DNA from: Lingula anatina
Taxonomy: Eukaryota > Animalia > Brachiopoda
Assembly: GCA_051362555.1 (NCBI GenBank)
Contig: CM120642.1
Span: 14,012,001-14,076,000 of the forward strand
Direction of reading: 5' to 3'
Length of the DNA stretch: 64,000 nt
In this document: one piece after another, positions 44,582-58,047 of the stretch
How positions within the stretch are numbered: the first letter of the stretch is position 1
Layout of the letters: each line of letters begins with the position of its first letter
Notes under the pieces: model-generated
The model's input: only the letters and a program-made list of their open reading frames with translations
Database searches by the model: none
Told to the model about the DNA's origin: nothing
Position numbers and translations under genes: made by a program

Positions 44582-47500
44582 ATGGGAAAACCCAAGAAAG
44601 GCAGGAAAGCACGCGACGAGGAAGAGCTGTAAGTATTAAATCTGACTTCAACCTGTTCTCATGAATAGCGCCTTGTCTTCACGCTAGTTGTGTGAACATC
44701 ATACAAAATCTTGCCAACAGCTGTTCAGAAGGTTTTTAATGTATACGTAATTAAATGTTTAACTAAGACCATGATTTTACCCAGGTAATTTTCTTTATAG
44801 CATATACGTAAGAGGAAGACATTAACTCGTTCTGCTGGCATGTTTTAATAATTTATGTTGGAGCACACCATGAGGTGATGAATGTTATTTTATTGTGCAA
44901 TGATAACTTAAGTTGACAGTATTGGGAGAGGCCTTGTCAATAATAAAAGGGTTCATTTTATTTTGTTACGTTTCAGTACATCAATCACTTAGGAGTTTTT
45001 ATTGAAGATATATAAAATCCTATGGTCACAATATTTTTTATATGTTACATAATTGATAAATTGCCACTGACAGTTTCTCAGCAGGATCATTAAAATAAAA
45101 CAAAGGAAGGTTCAAGTAGGTCCAGATCCATGTATGTCATTTTCTGATGTTCCTCCTGTTGGATTGGTCTGTGCCAAAAACATTTGACCTATTGGCCCTT
45201 TCAGACGTCTGGAGCTAATAATTTGCTTGTGCAGAGAAGGAACAAAGGACCCTATCAATCACAGACCTACCCAACTACCAGATTCGGGACCGAATGATCC
45301 TGAATTCACCGGTAGATCAGACCACACTACCCGTTTTCAAGGTGTGTGTCAGATCGCATTACACAGTATCAGACGCGACACCGTTCTTGCCTAGTATGCG
45401 ATGTGATAGTGACGATTCTCAGCGGGGTTGAAAAGCATTGCATCACCACTCAAAATTTGTTCGGGGTTCAGGGTGTTATTCCCCTTAACGAAACTATGCT
45501 ATGACTCCTATCGATACTCTCCTATACCTTTACTCCGCCTCGTTGGTTTTGGAATGATTGCTTGGAAACTGTTTTTTTCAGGGTACTGAAATTTACAATA
45601 AAGTTTTAAAATTAATGTTGCACTTTCACCAAAAGGGAGTAATAATGTTGGGTAATAACAGTGCAGGGACATACAGCAATTTTACTTTGTTAACCAAAAA
45701 AAATCGCTAAAATTTAACTGGTCCAGCTTCAATTGTACTGGTGGCTACATTCTTTTTAGTACCCGCACTATAACTTTAGCACCCCCAAAGTATTGATAAC
45801 TGAAGACTTGAATGAAGTTTCATGCAGTTACTTATCATCTCTGTACATCTGTGAACTTATCATCTCTGTACATCTGTGATTTTTCCTATGTGCAGTGAAA
45901 TTGCTTTATCAGTTTTAACTACAATCTACTAACAGATTAGAGGCCAGAAGTTTTTTGAAACAGATATGAGGTGATTCTTTTCATCAGACTGTCCTTCCAC
46001 CTGGTTAGCCAAGTTAATTTTGACCAGCACCCCTCACGGGCATCCATCTGATAACCATAGGAGACTCACTAACAACACTTTATAAAAAGATTATGCTTTC
46101 ATTTTTAGGGACGATGTGGCTGCAGAGTTGGAGGCCATGTCTCTGGAGATGAACTTGGGCAAGAACAACGATGAAGATGACAGTGTACAGAATGGTACAA
46201 ATGAACCAGTTAAAAAGAAGGAGAAGGTACATGCTGGAAAAGTTGACTGAGAATCTCTCATCTGTCTCATGCAGATTGTGAATGTGGGCAGTTCGTTTTG
46301 AATGCCTTCGGGTACTTGAAATGTTCAAAATTCACTGTGTCATAACAATTTTTTATTTGATAGATTTTTGTTTTCGTCATGGATCAAAAACATCTCTTCT
46401 GAAAGATCCTGTGTTCTGTTTGTTTTATAAACACAAATTAGATAATATCAGTTAATAATATTCATAATTATTTACAGAAAAAGAAGAAAAAAGCTGAGGT
46501 CGTGGAAGAGGAGGATGAAGAAGATCCTGACATAGCTGCTTTAGCCAAAGCAGCAGGCAAGGGCAAAGCTAAAACTAAACCCCAGAAAAACATGATGTCT
46601 GCCTTTGAGTTGCTTGACATGGAGGAGTCAGATGAGGGGGTTAGTCAATTTATTATGTGCAGTTTGATTTGTAGTAGAGTTTCGGTGTGAAGATCATTTA
46701 AATTTTATTTTTCTGATATCATCATTTTTCCTAGCATTTGATGATTAGTTTACTTGTACTGAGAACTATCTATTATAATGCAGCTATCATTTTAAATTTT
46801 ATTGCTAATGTATAATATAATTGTGAAATAATACAAAATATTATGATGATTGTAGATTTCGATAGTATTAGTATATATACATATATATATGGTTATAATA
46901 TTGTGATATAAATTCTTATTTCCAAATGCAGTCAGAAGCAGACAGTGAAGACGAAAAGAAAGTGGAGAAGAATGATAACAAAAAGGAGGCCGACAATGTT
47001 GACTCAAAAGTATCAAATGATAACAAAGCTCCACAGCAGAAGAAAGGGAAAAAAGACAAAAAGAAACAACATAAACAAGAAGAGGAAGACATTGATGCAA
47101 TCCTTGCTGCCCTTGAAGAGCCTTCAGAAAAACAAGAAGGAAAGAAAAGCAAAAAAGAGAAAAAGAAACAGCAACAAGAAGAAAATGAAAACAGAGAATC
47201 TAGTGTAGAAACAGAAGTAAAAACAGAGGAAAGATCTCAAATTAATGATTCCTCTGAAGTGACAGAGCAGGGTAGTGAAGATGTAAAAGATGTAGATAAA
47301 ACGGAGGAAGAAGGAGGCAGCAAAGCTAAAGATGTTGAGGAGGACGAAGGGAAATTCCATGTAAAGACAGCAGCTGAAAAGAAAAAGGAGAAGAAAGAAA
47401 GAGAAAAGAAGAAGAAATTACAAGTTTGTATTAATCATTTATCAGAAGTGTAAGATTCTTGATAAACGTGATGTATCATTAACAGGGATTTTCTCTATGA

Positions 47501-50500
47501 ACTGTCTGTTTGGGTTCTCCCAATGTTTTGAAAGTCATACTGATTATTTAAAAATTATTCTGATGATACCTAATAGAGGGAGTTCCCATTAGTATTATTT
47601 ATATAACATTCTTATCCATGCCACAACCTATTCCTATTTCTTATTTTTCTGACAGGAAAAGGCCAAGAAACAAAAGTCAGCCTCAGAGGCTCCGTCAGAG
47701 ACGATAACTGCTCCGGAACCAGAAGCAGCTGCAGCAGATGCAGAAATGAAACCAGAATCTACACCAGACGAAGAACACAAAGCAGATGGAGAGGATGCCA
47801 AGGAAGAAGGTACAAGTCTTAATAGTTTGACTTTGGGGGATGGTAATATTTCAGTTCGTATTATACAGTTACACTTCCCATGAAATACAAAAGTAATCAA
47901 TCAACTTGCACCGTTTTGGTGCATGTTACTCTGCATCATGTGTAAGATACTATAACTATACTGTCTCCCAAACATAAGAGGTGTTCAAGGCATGTAATGC
48001 AAGAGGGTGGCACTGTATTAACATGCCTAACGAGAGAAAGTACTGGTATTTGGCCAAAAAAACACCTCTAAACCAGAATAAAGTGTATATCCCCATGTCC
48101 GCATAATATCTCTAGGTATATGTTTCATTACTACCTATTTATGAAAATAGAGTATGCTAAGAGATGAAATTTTTAAAAGTGATATTTAATTGTATTATTC
48201 CTTAACATTACGTGTGCATTTTCTTTAAAAGGTGAAGAAGGAGAGGATGGTGACAAGAAGAAGAAAAGGGACAGGAAGAAAAAGAAAGGAGAAAAAGAAA
48301 AGGAAGAAAAGAAAAAGAAACCAAGTGCCCAGGTAAGGGTTAACATTCTAATATAGAAGTTTGGGATATGGCTTTAATGATAGAGTATGAAGTTCATCAG
48401 GTATTTTCGTAGCTATAAGGATATGAGAGCCTAAAAAAATATTTCAACCATCACAGAAACTTTTCAGTCGACTTGTAACAACAGTGTTGAAGGAAATGTT
48501 TATCTTCTTTTCTGTTTTATTCTTTTGAAAAATTAAATTTTGTTTTAAAAAATGAAACTGTTATAGTTATCTGTGTGTATGTGACCAGGTGAGGGCAATG
48601 CAAGAACAGCTCAAAAAGATGAAAGAAGAGGAAGAACGTCTGAAACGTGAAGAAGAGGAGAGGATACGACAGGAAGAGGAAAGAATAAGATTAAGGGAAG
48701 AGCAGGTAAGTTATGTTGTAAGTTAATAATAAAATAACCATAACATAATAACCACACACCTTAAAATAACAGATAAGAGAGCTTACATTTTAATTTATAC
48801 AACTTTTCTCCAATTTAAGGAGCCTTTTTTCACAAACAGCTTTAGATCAACATTATTGACATGATAAAATCTCTTGTTCTTGCATTTGTGCCTTATGATA
48901 ATCATAGTTTCTTAAGATTTATCCTTTATGAGAATTATAATTTGAAAAATTATATGAGTTTTCTCAATTTGATTTACTACTGTTACCCAATCTGACCAAT
49001 ATAAAGGACAAACACAGAAGTGTTTGCTCGAAATTTTGCTTACATACCACATTTATTAGAAAGTCACATTATTTAATAAAAAGAATGTCATCATAGTTAG
49101 ATATTGAAGTTAATCAGCAATTAAATTTTACAAATTTAAATGTTGAAAAATACGAGTCAAGGATTTAAAAAAGTTCAAACGAACATCACATTGCTCCCTT
49201 TTTTCAACACAGAAAAGGCTGGAAGAGGAGAAAAAGCAGAAAAAGAAGCAAAAAGAAAAGGAGAGAAAAGAGCGCCTTAAGCAGGAAGGCAAGCTGTTGA
49301 CTGAGAAGCAAAAGCAGGATCGAAAGAGGGCACAGCAGATGTTGGAAGTGATGAAGCAGCAAGGTAAAAACAACAATTTTCTTACAAATAATGTTAGGTT
49401 AAGCGTGAAATTTGTTAATATCCCCTTTGGCAAATCACTGTGCAAAATATTTACTTAAAAAATCTGCTTCATTGTTACAAATGAATTGTTTTACCTTTTT
49501 GAGCCGAGTTCTTGCTTGTATGAGGCATGTTTATACTCCAGAATATTATTTAACAGATATAAGTTTCCAGATAAAAAATGGTGTTATTTTTATTGTAGTT
49601 TTGTCAATTATGAGGTAAAGATCAATATGTATTAGTCCATAATTGACTGAATTACTCATTATTTTCATAATTTGGGTGCTTTTTAGGTATTGAGATTCCA
49701 GAAGCTCCTGATGCAAAGGAAAAGAAGAAACCTCGTTATGAAAGGCTTAGAAAAAAGAGGCCAGGACAGCAAGAGGAAGGTATGTAAAGAGTGCTTTATA
49801 ATATTGGATAGCAAGCTCATCCAATGGATTGTGTTATCCATAGGCTAGCGCTATCCAATATTAATGAAACTGGGCCCAGATGTTTGTGTAACGATTTCCT
49901 CATCTTATTTAGAAAATTATAATATTTTCTCTAAATATGTGCTATTTTGTTAAATTTAAAATCCTTTAAAACTGATAGAAAAAGAGCCAGACACACCAAC
50001 CTCAGAAGCTCCTGAGTCACCAACCTCTGAGACAGCTGCTGATATGCAGACTGAAGAAGAAACTAAAGCTGATGAGGAAGAGGAGGTAGAAGAAGAGCCC
50101 AAAGATGCCTGGGATGTAAGCAGTGAAGAGGAAGAGGAGGAGGAAGAAAAAGTTGACAAAAACATTAAGGAAGGTAAGAAAAAATTCTGATTAGTAGGGG
50201 GTGCATCTGCTTTTTTGTTTTAAGTTGATAAAAGGGAACAATTTTCAAGTGACATTAACTGACATACATTACACATTTTTGGCAGTGTTGTCTGGGAAGT
50301 ACATTAAGAAACTGATCCTTTCAGAAACAAAAAGTAAAAAAGTGTCAGAGTCTAAGGAAGAAGATGAGGATGAGGAAGAGGAAGATGATGAGGACGAGGA
50401 CGAGGAGGATTCTGAGGAAGAAAGTGAGGAAGAGTCTTCAGAGGAGGAAAGTGATGAGGATGTAGACCCGAAGGAGAAAGCTTGGGCCAGAATTCTGGTA

Positions 50501-53500
50501 AGAACTATAAGAAAATTGGATGCTAGAGCTGTGGTAGACGAAGAATTCCTTGACACAGATTCATTTTCCTTGTCTCATAATAATTGATACAAGAGTCAAG
50601 AAATAACACTTGTCAACATATCTCAAATATAGACAAAGAAAAAACATCATAGAAAAAAATGTACCTTATCTATATTATCTATAATAATAACAGCTGCCAA
50701 TAGGTCCCCTCATGAAAAGATTACATGCTTATCAATTTTTTTTTTAATGTTTATCCATGTCTGCTGGCACAGAGATATGTATCACTGACCTAGAATTCTC
50801 TTTTCTTTAGAAATTCAAAGAAGAAGCAGAGGCCAAGAGGTCTGTGGACTACCTGAGAGCACCTGTTGTATGTGTGTTAGGCCATGTAGATACAGGGAAG
50901 ACGAAGATCTTAGACAAAGTAAGTGGGGCATGTGGTAAATGACGTCACCAAGCCCTACTATCACAAAAAAAAAAAAAAAAAAACTTAAAATCAGTTCCCT
51001 AGCTGTAACACTGTTCCTGATATGGTAAGATGTGACCATGTAACATTGGTGAAAAAGATGTTAGCCACTGGAACTGATTGAAGTTTTTTAGTGAAATTGG
51101 GGCCAAGTGCAGAAAATGTTACTTGACTTTGAAATTTTTCATAACTTAAAGCAGTTTTTAATATATTAATTGAGGTAGCCGTGTGATAATTCTGACAATT
51201 TTGGTAACGCATTGAACAGAAATCTAACTTGAACAGAAACCAATTAATCACAGGTGAGGCACACACTGGATTAGATTGAATAACCTTCTGTTTGCTACTT
51301 CTGTGTTTCTACAGTGACAAAGGTTTCATCCTCATGCTGCAAATGCAGTAGTCAAGTTGAGGTTTCTAAAGGGCTGCACCAATGTTATTTCCGATTTTTG
51401 CTTGATGACACACAGATATTTACTGATTATTCATCTGGGATTTTTCAAACTAGCTAATGATATGTGCTTGTGTATCTTAGTGGATGGTAATATTTTAAAA
51501 ATTTAATACCATTATTAGCTCCGTAGAACCAATGTCCAGGACGGAGAGGCAGGTGGTATAACACAACAGATTGGAGCCACCAACGTGCCAGGGGATGCCA
51601 TCCAGAGAGCCACTTCTATGTGCAAAGAGGTGAGATCACATCTGCTTGTGCAATATTAAAATAACAAGATTTAAAGAAATGGTCAGAAATTATATTTTTA
51701 ATTTTAATTATATCCCAAAACATTAATTTGTACAGATAAGAACTTGAAATTTGCCTCAAAATTTTGTTTGATACTGAAGCAAACCATAGGGTATAACTTT
51801 TGTAAGGCAATTTTTACCTCACTGTATTGTGTTAAAATTTTTTTCATTAGTACCACCAGCGTGTACGCTGGCGGTACTCATGGTTTTAGTCCCGACCCGT
51901 CTCGTCCGGCTCCGCCGGCTCCGCGTACTGGCGCCGGATACAAGTCACCGTTACCGCTTCTCCTCCTAGACCGCAAGGACCCCTGTCTCCATCTCTTGGA
52001 TTTAGGTCACATATAACCTCAACTTGAACCCCCAGGTTTTTTTGTCTCACTCGGTGCATTAACCTGGGCGTGACGCTCGTTGAAATGCACCCTTGTCAAA
52101 ATTTTTGAAAATTCAATGCCAATTATCTACCCTACGGAAGGAATTATGGGAAAAATTTCTACAGACGGCTTCCCAAAAGTCATATGTGTAGATTTCAAAT
52201 ATGCCCTTGGATTTGACATTTGACCTTTATTTCAAGGTCAAACGGGCCAAAATTTTCAAAAAGATGAAATTTTTTACAAAAAAAATATTATTTGCGCTGT
52301 TATTCAGACACTACACAGACTTAACCAATAATATTATTGGAAAGTGTTACCCTTTGGGTCATCTTTCATCTCCGTGAATTTGGGGTCAATCGGTGCATTT
52401 TCACGGGAGAAGCGGCCATAAGATACCGAAACTGAAAACTGTCTCTAATTCGGGAACCGTTAATGCTAGCGACCCATTCTTTTTTGCATTTTGTAGAGCA
52501 TGTAAAGCCCAACATTGCAAATGGTCTCCGTTTTTTTGTATTTCATACGGTTTTCGTGTTATGCTGTATTAAAAAGTACATTGTGGTGGCACATTATTGT
52601 AACTCAGAATTGTAACATTATATCTCCAAAACTGGCAGAGATAGGTCAATAGTTACTATTAAAGTTGAATAGGAAGTCACATACTGGCACTTTAACAGTG
52701 ACCATAAAATTGACCTTTGACCTACTTTTCACCATGAATTGAACTTTGCAAATTTTCGTTCCCTTTTATCTCCAAAACTGGCAGAGATAGGTTCATAGTT
52801 ACTATTGAACTTGAATAGGAAGTCATATACTGGCAATTTACTGTGACCTTAAATTTGACCTTTGACCTACTTTTTACCATGAACTGAACTTTGCAAATTT
52901 TTGTTTCCTTTTATCTCCAAAACGGGCAAAGATACGCCCATAGTTACTATTGAATTTGAATAGAAACTCATTAGAGGCAATTTACTGTGACCTTTAAATT
53001 GACCTTTGACCTACTTTTCACCATGAACTGACTTTTGCAAATTTTCATTCCCTTTTATCTCCAAAACTGGCAGAGATAGGTCCATAGTTACTATTGAACT
53101 TAAGTAGTAAGTCATATACTGGCAATTTACTGTGACCTTAAAATTGACCTTTGACCATCTTTTTACTATGAACTGAACTTTGCATATTTTCTTTCTCCTT
53201 TATCTCCAAAACTGACAGAGATAGGTCCATAGTTACTATTGAACTTGAATAGGAAGTAATACACTAGCAATCTGTGACCTTGAAATTGACCTTTGACCTA
53301 TTTTTTATGATGAACTGCTTTTTGCATGTTTTCAGGCCTTTAAATCTGCAAAATTGGCAAAGAAATGCCCATGGTTGCTATTGAACTTGAATAGAAATTC
53401 ATATAGTATGATATTGAAATTGACCTTTGACCTACTTTTTCACCATGAACTGAGCTTTGCATATTTTCTTGCCTCTCATATCTTTAAAACTAGCAGAGAT

Positions 53501-56500
53501 GTGCCCCTTGTTGCCCCTAGGTTTTCTCTTTTGTCAGCATATATGCACCACTGACAACACTTTCCAAGGAAAACCAATAGGCCTTTTGTCTAGAGAATAC
53601 AGGAGTGATCAAGGGTAGGAAAGTGCAAGTCAATTCGAAAATCTGCTTGATTGTACCATTTTTAGTTATATTTTTTTTGCATATTTTGAGAACTCTTCTT
53701 GATTGCATCTTATAGAGCTTGTCAAGCACAAGACTGGTGATGGTGTCCCTTTTTGGAGGGGGGGGGGTCCATACGAATGCGCTTACTCCAGCTGGTGGTA
53801 CAATATCCGGAGGCGGTATCGCCTCTCTGATCCTCTAGTTAGTGAATTTGTAATCCATTATATAAAATAACTTTTTTATGTACAGACACAGATGTGTCTG
53901 TACATATTGCCATCACCTGCGTCTGTCGTCGCCGATGCCGATGCCGATGCCGATGCCGATGCCGATGCCGATGCCGTCGCCGTGCACTTTCCTTGTAAAC
54001 ACGATAAGTGGAAGGCAGTTTTACTTTTTGGCTTTATATTAACAGAGCTGATGAATATTCATAAAACGCAGGTCAAGTTCGAAAATCAGCATGATCGGGC
54101 CATTATTGTAGAAGTTATGCTGTTTTTTCACTTTTCAGCATATTTTTCACATTTCCTCAGATTCAATTCTTAGGCATGTTAACAGTCTCATTATTAAACT
54201 AATAAGATACGTAAAAGTTTTTGTTTGACATTTCCTGCATCTTTACAACATTGTTAGTTGATTTTGTAAAAATGATGGTAAACTTGTTATCGTGTATTGT
54301 GTAATAAAGTGTCAAAAATGGAAATAAACTCATATCATTGCAGTTTGTCAGATTCAATCATTCACTATGTTCAGAATCTCAGAATGGAAGAAATTGGACA
54401 TTTAACACTGCTTTATTGATATTTTTCCCATCTCATCAATTTTCTTAGTTGATCATATAAAAATGGCAGTAAACTGTTAATTTTGTTTTATGTTAAAAAT
54501 TGTTAAAAATGGGAAAAAAAAACATTTCAGAACAGTGCTGTCTTGTTTACATTTTGGCATTTTCAAGTTGTGACTTAGAGGTTCCATGGGCCTGAAGACC
54601 TTTGCTAGTCACATTTTCTGAATATCCATGATACTAATATTTTATTATTAAAAATTGATGGTCATTATGCTGTTAAACATTATGTAATATTGCATCAAAA
54701 TTTGAAAAAAACCTATTTTGGGCACTGCTCCCATGATGACCATTTAAGAAAAACCATGTCACTTACTGTTCTCAAACAGTACAGTAAATATATATATAGG
54801 TGTGTCTGTACATATTGCCATCACCTGCGTCTGTCGTCGCCGTCATCGCCGTCGCCGGTGCCGTGCACTTTCATTGTAAACATGATAAGTGGAAGGCAGT
54901 TTTACTTTTGGGCTTTATATTTACAGAGCTGATGAATATTCATAAAACGCAGGTCAAGTTCGAAAATCAGCATGATCGGGCCATTATTGTAGAAGTTATG
55001 CTTTTTTTTTCACTTTTCAGCATATATGCAACACTGTAAACACATTCCAAGGAAAACCGATAGGCCTGTTGTCATGAAACTCACAGGAGTAATCTATGTT
55101 ACTAAAACGCAGGTCAAGTTCGAAAATCGGCATGATGGAGCCACTATTTTAGTAGTTATGCTGTTTTTTCATTTTTCAGCATACATGCAACACTGTAAAC
55201 ACAATATAAGAAAAACAGATAGGCCAATTGTCATTAAACTCACAGGAGTGGTCAATCTTACTAAAACACAGGTTGAGTTCGAAAATCAGCATAATCGGGC
55301 CATTATTTTAGAAGTTATGCTGTTTTTTCACATTTCCTCAGATTAAATTCTTAGGCATGTTAACAGTCTCATTATTTAACTAATAAGACATGTAAAAGTG
55401 TTTGGTTGACATTTCCTGCATCTTTACAACATTATTAGTTGATTATGTAAAAATGATGGTAAACTTGTTATCGTGTATTGTGTAATAAAGTGTCAAAAAT
55501 GGAAATAAACTCATATCATTGCAGTTTGTGAGATTCAATCATTCACTATATGTTCAGAATCTCAGAATGGAGGAAATTGGACATTTAACACTATTCTATT
55601 GATATTTTTCCCATCTCATCAATTTTCTTAGTTGATCATATAAAAATTGCAGTAAACTGTTTATTTTGTTTTATGTTAAAAAATTATTAAAAATGAAAAA
55701 AAAAAAACATTTCAGAACAGTGCTGTCTTTGTTTACATTTTGGCATTTTCAAGTTGTGACTTTGAAGTTCCATGGGCCTGAAGACCCTTGCTAGTCACAT
55801 TTTCTGAATATCCATGATACTAATATTTTATTATTAAAATTGATGGTCATTATGCTGTTAAACATTATGTAATATTGCATCTAAATTAAAAAAAAAAAAC
55901 TATTTTGGGCACTGCTCCCATGATGACCATTTAAGAAAAACCATGTCACTTACTGTTCTCAAACTTACAGGAAAGAAACATGGGACTAAAATACAGCTTC
56001 AGTAGGCAATGCAGTCTGTTTGGTAATTCTTACTGCCAGTTAAACGGTTTCACATATTGGCATTTTCAAAGTGTGACTTTGAAGTTCCACGGGCTTGTTT
56101 ATTATTGCATCAAAATTGGCAAAATGACCTCTTTTGCATCCTTTTTTCTGTTATTTTGTCTGTACATTTGACAGCTTTGCTGCCTTGTTTACAGTTTTCA
56201 AAACAAGAATTTAAAATTCCTGGATTGCTGATTATTGACACTCCTGGTCACGAGTCTTTCAGGTATGTGAAAGTTTTATGTACCTAGTATAGGAATACAC
56301 TCTTGCATTTATTATATCTTCTTGGCATTTGTAAGTCTGAGTGCCTAGTTGTCAGAGTTTGAGCATGGTGATTAATGGTAATCTTCATTTTCCCTTCATT
56401 TGAATTAATTTCCTATAAATAAATAAATAAATATGCAGATGGAATTGATTGTTTAATGCTTACAGTAACCTTCGATCTCGTGGCTCCTCCCTCTGCGACA

Positions 56501-57988
56501 TAGCCATCTTGGTGGTAGATATTATGCATGGATTAGAACCTCAAACACTGGAGTCCATTAATCTGTTGAGGGACAGGAAGACACCTTTTGTAGTAGCTCT
56601 GAACAAGGTGGGTGACTATCTAGTTAAATTTTATGATAACTGCATAAAGAGAAATTAAGAGTAAGTAAAAAGAGTGTAAGTATAAAGTTTGTTACTACTA
56701 AGTAGGTCAGAGAATGATGCCTCAAAAACCATAAGTTTCGAAGTTTTCAGAGCTGATGCCTTATCAAGTTTGTATTACAAAAGTGTTTTCTTATATTAAT
56801 GCATTTGATAAAAGGCTGCTGCACACTTGCCAGATTTTTGCCTTGTTAGGCTTCTGCAAAAAACATGATTTATAAAATTGAGAAATGTTTGTTTAACATG
56901 GATAAATTATTTTCAGATTGATCGTTTATTCCAATGGAAGAGCAATCCAAATAACGACGTTCAGAATACAATAAAGAAGCAGAGTAAGAACACTAAAGAT
57001 GAATTTGATGAAAGAGTCCAGGAAGTTATTGTTCAGTTTGCAGAGCAGGTGAGAAAAGACCTGTAACTTTATTATGTGTGTCATCAGCCACCTAGTTTTC
57101 TAGAGAAAAGGTTGTATAAAGGTCAGTGTATTAAATAAAATTAGAAAGGATTGTTATAATATAAATAAACGAAAATTTGGAACAGATGTTTATTTAAATG
57201 AGTTATATAATTAATGAATTTCTTTTTTTATAGATGATAATGTAGTTATTAATCCTTGTAGGTATGCATTGTATTTTGTCAGATAATAATTTATTGACCA
57301 AATAATCTGAATCAGTTCTTGTCCTGTTTAATTATGGTACATGATTTCAGAGTCTCAATGCTGCCCTGTTTTATGAGAACAAAAACCCTCGCGAATACGT
57401 GTCCCTGGTCCCCACATCTGCTCACACAGGGGACGGCATGGGGAACCTGCTGGCTCTGATCTGTGAGCTAACACAAACCATGCTGGCAAAGAGAATCTCC
57501 TACAGTGAAGAGCTCCAAGCTACTGTCATGGAGGTACTCTTAATTGATCATAGGTGGCAGCACTGTACAGCGCAGCATTCAAAATGAATAACAGCAATCA
57601 GTCATATTTTCAGTGAATTGATTACTTTAAAGAATTAAATTCATAATTCATTACTCTTGAATTATTTCATGTGAAAATACCAAGGAATATAATGTTTGTT
57701 GCAAAAATTTTTTTTAATTTAAATTATGCAAGATGTGCTTACTATTGCAGTAACAGCTTTAAGAACAGTGATAATGAACAGGAATAATACATTTTAGGTG
57801 AAAGCCATCCAGGGTTTAGGTACAACCATTGATGTGATATTAGTGAATGGTAAACTGGAGGAAGGTCAGACGGTTGTGGTCCCTGGAACAGACGGTCCCA
57901 TAGTCACACAGATACGTGGTCTGCTCATGCCACCAGCCATGAAGGAACTGAGGGTCAAGGTAGGTTTGGCTTAAAGTTTATTATTTTT

Positions 57989-58047
<59 letters not shown>

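Noticed and set aside
46792-50556. Antisense Ser/Phe-rich ORFs over EIF5B, and similar short ORFs over OBI1 and RBM26
   Set aside because: Shadow frames of low-complexity coding exons
52621-55346. CRISPR-like array, or coding ORFs in the repeats (for example the ADADAD ORF 53892-54173)
   Set aside because: Eukaryotic tandem repeats with no unique spacers; the ORFs are by-products of a microsatellite and subrepeats
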